DNA of 64,000 nucleotides from Prorocentrum cordatum (Eukaryota). Positions within the stretch are counted from its first letter, which is position 1. Each line of letters starts with the position of its first letter. The position numbers were made by a program, and so were the translations under genes. The notes beneath the pieces were generated by a model. That model saw nothing but the letters and a program-made list of their open reading frames with translations, was not told the DNA's origin and ran no database searches. Positions 42,211 to 52,317 of the stretch are shown here, piece after piece. The stretch is from positions 248,001-312,000 of the forward strand of contig CAUYUJ010000281.1 of the NCBI GenBank assembly GCA_963575745.1. Direction: 5' to 3'.

Positions 42211-43240
42211 AACGCTCGCCCAACTCCTTCGGCTCGAAACCTAAAGTGCGGGTAAGCTCCAGCTCAGCGACGTCCACAAACTGCGCCCATGCATTATTCA
42301 AAACCCTCCAGGCCACCGTGGCCTTCTCGTGCATGGCCCAAGCCGCTGCCTGCGCAGCATGAGCAAGAGCGCCTTGCCACGCTGGTGGTTGAGGCCGCGG
42401 TCCAAAAGGCACATCGACAGGTAGACGCTGATAGCTACGGTACACTAGCTGCCTGAGGGAAAGAGCATCTGCACGAACCTTGAGTTGGACAGGTCTGTGG
42501 GGCTTGACGTCCCAAGACATGACAGCTGCAACTCCAGAGATCAATCTAGACAAACCGGGACCCATGACGAAGAAATCTATAATTGTGTTCGTAGACGGAG
42601 TACGACACGTGTGCTCAATCGGCGCCAAAACCAACATCCCCAGCTTGCGTGGAACTCCAGAGGCCTCCAGAACCTGTGGGGTGAGGTTCCAGTCCCCCGC
42701 CAGGATCGTATGAGTTGGGTCATTCACCTGCTTACCTATCTTCGCAATCATCTGTACGTTGGCCTCGCTGAGGCCCTCCGAAGTCTTCAGATAGACCGAG
42801 AAAACCGTCACCGTGGGCCACCCAGGGAAATCCACCAGGACCTTGATCGCTCGTCCAGGAACAACTGGGCCAGGACCTTCTGGAGGCCATCGTAAACCAA
42901 TGCTGAGCCGAGCGAAGACGGCGACACCGCACGAGACCTTGCCCGTCTCTGGGTTCAAGAGCGAGGGGCCGAACAGGGCGTGGAAACCGAGCGAGCGTGC
43001 CGAGGCCGTCGCTTGTCCCAAGAAGGAAACACTGATGCCTATCTCCTGGGCGCACACAATCACCGCCGAAGTCTCTCGTAACCTTCGCCGAAGTGTCTTC
43101 CAACAAGAACCGTTGAAAGTCTCAATAGAAAACGGGTCCCCTCTGGCTACCTTGGGGCCTCCACGCAGAGGTGGCACAGGTACTCCAGCAGAGGACAACG
43201 GAATGCCTGACAAGAGGGGCGCACGGCAGCGGTGAAGGGC
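42194..43240 (-). CDS. LINE ORF2 N-terminal apurinic-like endonuclease (frameshift near 42210)
   Basis: IETFNG, VCAQEI, GVAVFAR, FSVYL, LAGDWN, TCR...IIDFFV, KPHRPVQL. Confidence 0.9.
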   Translation of the reverse strand, partial: ALHRCRAPLLSGIPLSSAGVPVPPLRGGPKVARGDPFSIETFNGSCWKTLRRRLRETSAVIVCAQEIGISVSFLGQATASARSLGFHALFGPSLLNPETGKVSCGVAVFARLSIGLRWPPEGPGPVVPGRAIKVLVDFPGWPTVTVFSVYLKTSEGLSEANVQMIAKIGKQVNDPTHTILAGDWNLTPQVLEASGVPRKLGMLVLAPIEHTCRTPSTNTIIDFFVMGPGLSRLISGVAAVMSWDVKPHRPVQLKVRADALSLRQLVYRSYQRLPVDVPFGPRPQPPAWQGALAHAAQAAAWAMHEKATVAWRVLNNAWAQFVDVAELELTRTLGFEPKELGERSPEGS

Positions 43241-43241
43241 G

Positions 43242-44399
43242 TCACCCGCACCGCTGCTTCTTCGCCCTGATACCGAACTGCTTGAGTAGGTCCGCGACCT
43301 CCCTCCCGTGGTCGGGGCCCTCCTTCCGCGCCGCGGCGATGACCTGCTGCACCTTCTCATCGGAGAGCTCCTCCATGTCCACGTCGTCATCACCAGCACT
43401 GACCTCGGCCGCTTCGGGAGCAGCTCCTGGTACCGCACCATGTCCACCACCAGGAACCCGAGGAGCGGCCTGCTGCTGGTCACGCGCCGCTGCCGCCTTG
43501 GCCGCATAGAGCTCCTTGAACTTGGCGAACTCGGGCGAGGCCAGCATCGTCTTGACCCCATCCGCCTCAGGGCCCTCGAGCACGCTCGGGTCAAGCTCCA
43601 GGTCGACCTCCACCTGCTGCTCGGGGGCCGAGGGCGCCACCTGCTGCATCGCCGCCTGCAGCTCGATCTTGAGTGCACCGATGTCCACGCGCAGGCTGCG
43701 TTGTCGGTCGTTGAGCTCCGCCAACGTCCGCTGCGCCTGCTCCACAACCTTATTCTGCTCCGCAATTGACTTGTCGAGAGCCTCGAACTTCTTCTGCTTG
43801 TCCGCCAGCTTGTGGCCCAACGTGGTGGCACGGGACAACACTGGCTTCTTGGACTGCACCTCCGCTCGCGCCGCCTTGAGCTCACTCTCCACGATCTCAA
43901 TGGCAGACGCTGGTACTCCATCGCACTTACGAAGAGCTTGCAAGGACTCCTCCAAGTGCTGCACTCTAACACGTAGCTTGTCGTCATCCGAAGGCGGTGC
44001 GTCTTGAGATTCGGCGCCACCACCTCCAGCCTGGGCCGAGCCGCCGCCTCCACCTCCGTTGGCCGCGACACCCGCGGGAGGGGACGACTTGGCGGCGACC
44101 TTCTCCATGATGCGCTTCTCCATGGCTGCCAGCTGGCCTGACAGATCGGCTGGGGGGCCCTTGGCCCACGCACCGCGAGGGCCGCGAGGCTGCCCAGGAG
44201 GAACGCCAGGAGGAGCACGAGCCGATGAGCCCAGAGAGGCAGCTGCGGTGCGCGCGCGCTCCACACTTGCCCTCGGGGCTGACTGCCCACAGAGGCACCG
44301 TATCCGACAAGCGAAATTCTGGTTCCTGCCACAACTTGGACACCCCCAGAAGGGCGATCGGGGCCCTGGGAGTACATCCGCCTCATCACGTCGAGCCAT
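43242..44399 (-). CDS. LINE ORF1: RanBP2-type zinc finger plus coiled coil (385 aa)
   Basis: WGCPSCGRNQNFACRIRCLCG followed by a long heptad-rich helical region; ATG at 44399. Confidence 0.85.
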   Translation of the reverse strand: MARRDEADVLPGPRSPFWGCPSCGRNQNFACRIRCLCGQSAPRASVERARTAAASLGSSARAPPGVPPGQPRGPRGAWAKGPPADLSGQLAAMEKRIMEKVAAKSSPPAGVAANGGGGGGSAQAGGGGAESQDAPPSDDDKLRVRVQHLEESLQALRKCDGVPASAIEIVESELKAARAEVQSKKPVLSRATTLGHKLADKQKKFEALDKSIAEQNKVVEQAQRTLAELNDRQRSLRVDIGALKIELQAAMQQVAPSAPEQQVEVDLELDPSVLEGPEADGVKTMLASPEFAKFKELYAAKAAAARDQQQAAPRVPGGGHGAVPGAAPEAAEVSAGDDDVDMEELSDEKVQQVIAAARKEGPDHGREVADLLKQFGIRAKKQRCG

Positions 44400-44519
44400 G
44401 CACAGCACAGCTTGTCTCAGGAAAGTTTGCTCCAGCAGGAGCTCACAAAAGAGATTCCGAGCCACAAAGACCCGCAGGAGCGGCTGCCGCTCTGAAGACA
44501 GCTCCTGCAAGCCCAAAAA

Positions 44520-44536
44520 CTTGGGCCAGAACGGCT
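44520..44536 (-). other. spliced-leader-like sequence at the exact 5' end of the LINE
   Basis: AGCCGTTCTGGCCCAAG vs SL AGCCATTTTGGCTCAAG (14/17), abutting the TSD. Confidence 0.7.
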
Positions 44537-45289
44537 GATGAGGAGGAGGAAGAGGGAGGAGGGGGGAGGAGGAGGGAGAAGGATGGATGAAGAAAGAAGG
44601 ATGGAGAAGGCGGAGGAACATAGCGGAACGTGCTGGCAATCACAGTCGTGCAGAAGAGGAGGAGGATGAGGAGGAGTAGGAGGATCGATCGATCGAGCGA
44701 GCGGGCAGTCGGGTCGAGATCGGGGATACTTCGCGTCGGCAAGAGCGGCATAGCTGCGACATATTAGAATGGTCTTTCTGTGCCGACTGTGTAGGAGGAC
44801 TCGCTGGCGCTACTCGCCGCCCTGTCCCTACGCCGACCTTCTCCACGCAGGGGTAGTAGACAGAGGGGGGAGGAGGAGGAGGAGGAGGAGGAGGAGGAGG
44901 ACATCACACACGTTTTCTAGGACCGTCTGATACTCGCCTCTTGTATCCCGAGAGCATCCTGAACGCCAAAGAAAGCATCAAGGCCCGCTCAAGAGAGCCC
45001 CCGAAGGCTTCCTTGAGCGGCCCTGGGAGGCCGCCGCGGCCCCCAAGAAGCCCCCAACAAAGGGACCTCGAGTAGCAATTCCGGACCCTCCACCCCAAGA
45101 TGGCCGCGGACAGAGCTTGCCGCGCGCCCCTCGTGTCAAACTGTTGCGCCCGGGACGCTCGCGGTGGCCGCGCGCGCTCCCCCGGACAGAACGTATCACA
45201 GCCCAGTCGTGTTCACGTGTCGTGCCATCGGCCCACGGCGCGGGCACCGTGGCGGGATGAGCCGGAGGCCATGGTAAGCACACGGAAGA

Positions 45290-45387
45290 ACAGGAAGAGA
45301 GAGGGCGAGATAGAGATGGAGATCGAGAGGGAGGGGGAAAGAGAAGAGAGAGATGGGAGAGAGAGAGAGAGAGAGAGTTAGAGATGG

Positions 45388-45420
<33 letters not shown>

Positions 45421-45541
45421 CTGGAGCTAGAGAGGGAGGAAGATTGAGAGGGAGGGAGATAGAGAGGGAGATAGAGAGGGAGGGATATATATAAAGATAT
45501 AGTTGGAAGATAGCTATATATATATAGAGAGAGAGATGAGA

Positions 45542-45572
<31 letters not shown>

Positions 45573-46200
45573 AAGAGATGGGAAAGAGAGAGAGAGAGAG
45601 AAAACAAAAAGAGAAAGAGAGAGAGAGAGAGAGAGACAGGGAGCGCTAGAGCTAGAGAGGGCCTGCCGAGAGGTGGGGCCCTCGAGGGCTGGCCACGGAG
45701 GCAGGGAGGGGTCGGGGTAGGGGCGGCATCGAGGAGGAAGAGGAGGACGAGCAGGAGGAGGAGGAGGAGGAGGAGGAGGAGGAGGACGAGCAGGAGGAGG
45801 ACGAGCAGGAGGAGGAGGAGGAGGAGAAGGAGGAGGAGGAGGAGGACGACAGGAGGAAGAGGAGGAGACGAGCATGAAGGTAGGAGGAGGAAGCGGAGGA
45901 GGAGGAGGACGATGCAGGAGGACCGAGCAGGAGGAGGAGGAGGAGGAGGACAGGAGGAGGAAGACGAGCAGGAGTAGGCGAGAAGACGAGCAGGAGGAGG
46001 AGGAGGCTGTGAGGAGGACGAACAAGAGGAGAAGAGGAGGAGAGCAGGAAAAGGAAAAACAAGGAAAAAAAAAGAAAGGAAAAAAAACAAAAAAAGAACA
46101 AAAAAAAAAAGAAGGAACGAAAAAAAAAAAAGAAAGGAAAAAAAAAAAAAAAAAAAAAAAAGAAGAAGAAAAAAAAAGCTTAGCATGTGAAAAAACAAAA
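45290..46200. repeat. (GA)n, (GAG)n and A-rich low-complexity tract
   Basis: Direct inspection. Confidence 0.85.
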
Positions 46201-46891
46201 CCCCCCTTGACCCCCCATTAAAATGTCCCCCCCCCCCGGCCCACCCTCCCCCCTCCTCCCGCCCCCCACCCCCACTCACCCCCCCTTGCTCCCCCCCCCA
46301 ACTTCACCCGTCCCGGGTCTATGTTGGCCCCTGTGTCCCCACCCCCCGGGGGCCTCCCCCCCACGCCATTTATTCACTTCATACGCCCCGTAGTGGTGCT
46401 CATCTGTCCCGGTCCCCGTTAGGCCCATGAAAGCCCGAGCGCTGCGAAAAACTGGCCATACTGCTCGGACGTCCAATCCCGCTGTTTTTTTCTTCGGTTT
46501 CGGCGTGTGTCGGAATATTTTTTCTCGCCAAAAAATAATCAAGGCAGCTCCCGATGGTCCTCAGCAGAAAGAAAAATTGCACGCCGTAAAGAAACCTCAG
46601 GCCCGCCTTCCCTCAGGCGAAGGATAGGGTCAACGACAGGTGGGGGGATCGGCATAGTGGGGGATGCATCGACCTGGGATCGGCGATAGCACCCCAACAG
46701 CGAATCCAAGATCGGCGATGGGCCCCCGATGGTGAATCCGCACCTTCCTGGGCGGGGCGGGGCCATCGGGTCCCCTCTCGGCGATCAGTGGGCGATGGGG
46801 GGTCGCTGCGTCCCCCCCCCCCCACGTGCCCCTCCCCCCCCCTAAGCGTTGCCCAACGAGAGGAGACAGGGCGAGCTTTCGCAGCGGCCGG

Positions 46892-47908
46892 TCACTGGGG
46901 GGTTCTGGGCGGCTGCCTGCGCTCGGGCGCTCGGGACCAGTGGGCCGCCTCCGCGTCCTCCGCGGGGCGGGCGCAGCGCACCCCCACGTGGTGCGCTGTG
47001 CTCTCCGCGGAGAGGTGGCTGCGGGCGCAGATGCGGTACCTCCAGCAGTAGGACTTGTGGCACATGAAGGAGCCGCCCTTCTTGACCTTCTCGAACTGCC
47101 CGGACCCGTCCCTGCTCATGTAGCCCATCTCCACGACCTGGTCGAGCTCGTCGACTGACGGTCCGAGAGGGTCGACGAAGCCAGTGGCCTGGGTCTCCTC
47201 GGTCAGGAAGTGCACCGGTGTGAACCAATCACCGACCCATTCCCACACATTGCCGACCATGTTGTACAATCCCCAGTCGTTTTGTGGGCCGTATGCGTCC
47301 ACGGGGGCAGTTTTAATCCACTTGTCCTTTGCCGTATTTGACGTTGGGAAAGTGCCCTGCCATATGTTCATCCGGTGCTTCTTTGGATCGCCATATGTGA
47401 GGTTCCCCCAAGGGTACAAATTCGGACTGCTCGAGCTTCCGTGCGCCGCGTACTCCCACTGCGCCTCAGATGGCAGCGACGCGTTTCGCCATCGGCAATA
47501 GGCGGTGGCATCGTTCCAAGAAATATGCACGACTGGATGGTTCCACCTATCACCGAAACGGCTGCGCTCCCCATCCAGACCACTGTCTAAACCCTCAGGC
47601 GTCCTCCACGTAGCATTCTTCACGGGAAGCCACCAAGGGACAGCGGCGACTTTGACATCAACCGTGCGCGATACGGCTTCTGAAAGATATAGCTCAGCTA
47701 CAAAGGAATCCCCGAACAACTCTGCCTCGGTCACATGGCCCGTCTCCTCCACGAACTCTTGAAACTTCCTGTTGCTGACCTCGAACCGATCCAGCCGGAA
47801 GCCCGACATCCTCACTTGTCGCAGCGGGCCCTCCCCGTCCTGCCTGAAGTGGACTCGCTCCTTCTCGATGCCCATCGGGAAGCGTCCCGCGGGGATGTCC
47901 ACCATGTC
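46892..47908 (-). CDS. SUMF1: formylglycine-generating enzyme (FGE-sulfatase domain, SUMF1-like); probably one long exon lacking the N-terminus
   Basis: IPAGRFPMG, DGEGP, FEVSN, HPVVHISWNDATAYC, LPSEAQWEYAA, YPWGN, NIWQG, GLYNMVGNVWEWVGDW, KKGGSFMCHKSYCWRYR (both catalytic Cys), GVRCA. Candidate acceptor CAG|G at 47909. Confidence 0.92.
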   Translation of the reverse strand, partial: DMVDIPAGRFPMGIEKERVHFRQDGEGPLRQVRMSGFRLDRFEVSNRKFQEFVEETGHVTEAELFGDSFVAELYLSEAVSRTVDVKVAAVPWWLPVKNATWRTPEGLDSGLDGERSRFGDRWNHPVVHISWNDATAYCRWRNASLPSEAQWEYAAHGSSSSPNLYPWGNLTYGDPKKHRMNIWQGTFPTSNTAKDKWIKTAPVDAYGPQNDWGLYNMVGNVWEWVGDWFTPVHFLTEETQATGFVDPLGPSVDELDQVVEMGYMSRDGSGQFEKVKKGGSFMCHKSYCWRYRICARSHLSAESTAHHVGVRCARPAEDAEAAHWSRAPERRQPPRTPQ

Positions 47909-47925
47909 CTGGATTAGACGCCTCC

Positions 47926-48170
47926 TAGATGGGGTCGGTGTGGATGTGGTCGGAGGATCGCGCCGCATCGCCGATACGTCGGCGATGCATCGGCGATGCA
48001 TCGGCGATGCATCGGCGATGCACTGGCGATGCATCGGTGACGTCGGCGATGCATGGGCAACGTCGGCATGGAAAACAGTGGGCTCCACATCGAGCCGAAT
48101 CGCCGATGCATCGCCGATGCATCGGAGATGCGGCGCGATCCTCCGACCCCATCTACTCTGACTCCATCTA
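47926..48170. mobile_element. palindromic MITE (TAGATGGGGTCGG termini; internal GATGCATCGGC repeats)
   Basis: Over 40 bp of imperfect TIR; second copy at 30760-30940. Confidence 0.8.
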
Positions 48171-48173
48171 GGA

Positions 48174-48345
48174 TTAAGTCGGGCCTGTCCCTCTACAGGA
48201 GGGAGATTCGACCATATTAACAATATAATTGTGGGACGATTGTTCGACTAGTTTCGACTACGTGTGACTACGTTTGAACATGTGATGACTCTGTCTTCTA
48301 TTCCTTCCGAAAAATCCGCTCGTAGGGAATATACGCCCGACCTAA
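48174..48345. mobile_element. TTAAGTCGGGC hAT-type MITE; TSD ATCTAGGA/ATCGAGGA
   Basis: Termini ttaagtcgggc / gcccgacctaa; flanking 8-mers match 7/8. Confidence 0.75.
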
Positions 48346-49694
48346 ATCGAGGAGGCCCAGCTGGATGTAGAGCGCAAGTGCCAAGTGCGAGCGAAGACGT
48401 GCGTGCATGTGCGGCCTCAGCGGCCCCGCGGGCACGATGTGAACCGCGTTGCCAAGGCAGGTCAGCGAAAACCGGCCGCGTCTGTTCACGCTTGATAAAT
48501 CTATACTTGGATTTATCTTTGGTTATGTATATATATACACATGTACATACATATATATATATATGTATATATATATGTAGAACTTCTGCCAGGAAGAGAC
48601 GTTTCCAGACGAGCGGCTCTGATGTGCCAATGGGGGAGAGTGAGAGAGAGATGATGGTCAATTCCAATGATACTCCCGGTAGCTGCTCCCTGGACGTAAA
48701 ATTATCGAAGTAGCTGCTTCCTGTCCACGACCTGTACTCCAGGGTGGAAAAAAAGTATGCAGAAGTGGAAAGAAGAGGTACGGGGGAGGAAGCAGGAAGA
48801 GAGGATGAGAGAAGAGGAGGAGGAGAGAGCAGGCGGGAGGAGGAGGTGACAGGCTGGAGACCGCGATGCCCTGGTCAAAACAAAACCCAACGGTTGGTTG
48901 GGAACAAACTGCTCAGGATGAAAAACTGGTCCCAGAGGAAGGGTCGGGACTTCCACGGAGCCCGAGTTGAAAAAAAACAGGACATCACCTGTCTAGGCGC
49001 CTCTGGTTACCATAGTGGTTGTGAGCATAATGGCGCCATGAGTGCAGGCTGGCCAGGATCGAGGATCCATTCCAAGGCTTGCCCCCTGAGTGCTCACAGC
49101 ATGACTCGTCGTTCACCGACGCCCAAATCAGCCGACCCTGTCGGCGTGTGCGCGGGTCTTTCTATTCGAAGCTCTCCTGCCCCTGTGGCCACCCTGGGGC
49201 TACGTCCTCATGGCCTCTCTCCTTTTTGCCATGCGCCCACCTGGCGCTCTCCAAGCTCGCCAGCCCCAGGTGTGCATCCATCCGGGTCGCAAACGAAACG
49301 ACGGGAGGCCCCTTCTGCCTGATCCCTTCCCCGCCGGGTGGGGTGTCCCCGGGGGGGGGCAAGAAACAGCCTTCGCATACCACCGGATCTGGCGAAGGCC
49401 TCCGAGCCAACCGAAGACGCCCCACAAACGCCCGAGTACGCGCGCAAAGTCCCGAAGTCCCTCCGAAGTCCGCCGGAGGCCCCCCGAAGACCCCCCGGAG
49501 GCCCTCCGAAGACACCCCGGGAAGACCCCCCCGGGAGGACCCCCCCGAAGGCCCTGCGAGACGAGCGTCCGTGTTCTGCTCCGCAGCGGCCGCGGACAGG
49601 CCCTCGGGCGCCGGCGCAGGCCCGTCCGCCGCGCCACTGCCGCGGCCGTGGCCGTCGGGCCATCCCGGACACGGGCACGCCATCCCGGCGCGGG

Positions 49695-50020
49695 GGGACC
49701 TCCTCCTCCTCCTCCCTCCTCCTCCTCCCTCCTCCTCCTCCCTCCTCCTCCTCCTCTTCCTCCTTCCTCCTTCTCATCCTCTTCCTCGTCCACTCCTCCT
49801 CCTCCTCCTCTTCTCCTCGCTCCTCCTCATCATCATCATCATCATCCTCTCCACTCCTCCCGCTCCTCCTCCTCCTCCTCCGCCCCTCCTCTCCTCTTCC
49901 TCCTCCGTCTCCTCCTCCTCCTCACCTCCTCCTCCTGCCGTCCCGCTCCTCCTCCTCCTCCTCCTCCCTCCTCCTCCTCCTCCTCCTCCTCCTCCTCCTC
50001 CTCCTCCTCCTCCTCCTCCT
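49695..50020. repeat. (CCT)n microsatellite
   Basis: Direct inspection. Confidence 0.9.
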
Positions 50021-50404
50021 TGGGCGGTCGGAGATGAACAGGCCCTGAGACGAAGCCAGGACGAGGAGGGTCGGTTGCGAGCGAGGGGGGGAAGCGAGAA
50101 GGAGAAGACCTTCCCAGAAGGCTCGGAAGTCCCATGGCCATCTGGAAAGTTCATTAAGCCTTCCCAGAAGACACAACATAAACCTTTCAGAAGGCGCGAG
50201 GGCTCCTCTGAAAAGTCCCGCCGCCTCATTTCCCCCCCTCGCTCGCCGCCGAGAGGACAAATACGGATGAGGGTACATCGGAAATCTTCGGGATCCGGCC
50301 GCTCTGGAGGATGCTTGGGGCGCCGCGGCCCTCTGAGAGAGTTCCAGAACGCTCTGAGAGCGTTCCGGGACGGGAGGAGGAGGAGGAGGAGGAGGAGGAG
50401 GAGG

Positions 50405-50504
50405 NNNNNNNNNNNNNNNNNNNNNNNNNNNNNNNNNNNNNNNNNNNNNNNNNNNNNNNNNNNNNNNNNNNNNNNNNNNNNNNNNNNNNNNNNNNNNNNN
50501 NNNN
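50405..50504. other. assembly gap (100 N)
   Basis: Run of N between (GAG)n and (CCT)n tracts. Confidence 1.
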
Positions 50505-51159
50505 CCTCCTCCTCATGCCTCCCCCTCCCCCTCCTCCTCTCCTCCTCCTCCTCCTCCTCCTCCTCCTCCTCCTCCTCCTCCTCCTCCTCCTCCTCCTCCT
50601 CCTTTTCCTCCTACCCCTCCTCCTACCCCTCCTCCTTCGCCCTCCGCTGCAAGCGCGGCAGCGCGGCACTCTGCACAGGAAACCCAGGGCTTTGACGCGC
50701 GAGCTCACGCGGGAGCTTACGCGCCATAGGTGAGAGACGGAGAGAAAACGGTCTTACGCGAGATGACATAGACATAGCACCCCCTACGCCACTGCTTACG
50801 CGGCCCGCCGACGCGGCAGCGCGGCACCCCACAAAGGAAGCCACGCGGGCGCCCTCCGACGATGAGCTATCGTTCCATCCCGGCGCTGCTCCTCGACTTC
50901 GCTGGCTCTCGGGGCCCCCTGCTGGGCCCCGGGGCTCTCGAGCACAGCGCTGGGGCGAAGGGCTGTGCCACTGGCGCTGACAGCGGGCCAGCCTTGCGCT
51001 TGGACTGCCACGGGCGTCGACGCGCGGCCTCAACCCGGGCAGCGCTTGCGCGCCAGCGTCGGTGAAGGCGCCTTGCGCTCTCCGGTGAGCCGCCTGCGGG
51101 GATGCGGCGCACGCGGGCCGCGCCCGCGGCGAGCCTGCCATCGCTCCGACGCCACTTCT

Positions 51160-51460
51160 CCGTGCACGTGTCGGTCTCGAGCGTGCCTGCTGTGCTGGGA
51201 GACCCTGGATGCCCCCCGCCCCTCGCTGGTCCTCGCCGAGAACTTCCCTGCTCCGTGCACGCGTCGGTCTCGAGCGTGCCTGCTCTGCTCGAGGACCCCC
51301 GGTGCCCCTCGCGGGCCCTCGCCGAGAACAGAGGCACAGGCCCGAGCGATGTCAAGGAGCGGGGGCTCTGGTGGGGGAGAGGGGGAGGGAGGGGGGGGGC
51401 TTGCTCTGCTCGAAGACCCTGGATGCCCCTCGCTGGTCCTCGCCGGAAAAGAAAACGGCA
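51160..51460. repeat. imperfect tandem repeat, ~3 copies of a ~95-120-bp unit
   Basis: Recurrent gtgcacg.gtcggtctcgagcgtgcctgct and ccctcgctggtcctcgccg blocks. Confidence 0.7.
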
Positions 51461-51592
51461 CACGCCCGAGAGATGCCAAGGAGTGGGGGCTCCCGGGGGG
51501 GGGGGAATGCCAGCGGTCGGCAGGCCTGCGGCGCAGCTGCCCGCCTGGGCGGCGCCAGCGGCTCCCCGATCCTCGGGGCGCGGCGGCCTCCT

Positions 51593-51790
51593 CCATCCTC
51601 CATCCATCCTGGACTCATCCATCCATCCATCCATCCATCCATCCATCCATCCATCCATCCATCCATCCATTCTCCTCCTACTGCCCCTCCTCCTCCTCCT
51701 CCTCCTCCTCCTCCTCCTCCTCCTCCTCCTCCTCCTCCTCCTCCTCCTTCTCCTCCTTCCACTCCTCCTTCCACTCCTCCTCCTCCTCCT
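51593..51790. repeat. (ATCC)n followed by (CCT)n
   Basis: Direct inspection. Confidence 0.95.
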
Positions 51791-51899
51791 CCCTCAAGCC
51801 ACCGTTCGACAAAAAAACAATCCATAGAAATGGCCGCATTCGGCAACTTTTGTCGATCGACCACTTTTTGTTGAATTCGACAGGTGTTTGTCGAATGGA

Positions 51900-52060
51900 G
51901 GGGTTGGCGGTTAGGTTACTTGTCAAGGCAATTCTGTTAGTTGTTAGGTTGTTTGTTGGGTTTGTTAGGTTATGGGTTAGGTTGTTTGTTAGGTCCGTTA
52001 GGTTACTCGTTAGGTACGTTCGGTTAGGTCCGTTCGGTTAGATCTGTTCTGTTAGCCTGT
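51900..52060 (+). repeat. left subterminal 12-bp repeats (GTTAGGTT core)
   Basis: gttaggttgtttgttggg...gttaggttatgggttaggttgtttgttaggt. Confidence 0.8.
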
Positions 52061-52317
52061 TTGTGGCTGTGTCGCCGTGAGCGTGTTATCCGGAATGTCT
52101 TACAACATATTCGCAGTTGACATGGAAGCCTCGAAAGATTGACGTCTTGAGGGGGCGCAGTGCGTGTCAGTTCCGTGTCGGCCTTGAGGGGTTGACTTCC
52201 TGAGGGAGCGCAGCGTGGAACACACTCTCAAGACAGGAGGCCAGGAGAGGGGATGAGGAAGAGAGGGGTTTGGACGGCGGTGGAGTATAGTTTTGTCCAA
52301 AGGATTGATTTCAGCTC

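Larger units (their letters stand above)
38158..44536 (-). mobile_element. full-length non-LTR retrotransposon (LINE) with ORF1 and APE-RT-RNase H ORF2; 13-bp TSD
   Basis: TSD GATGAGGAGGAGG at 38145-38157 and 44537-44549; short A5 tail at 38158-38162; ORF1 and ORF2 domains in canonical order. Confidence 0.92.

Noticed and set aside
50370..50640. Inversion implied by (GAG)n switching to (CCT)n
   Set aside because: The switch coincides with the 100-N scaffold gap, so orientation and distance are unverified.
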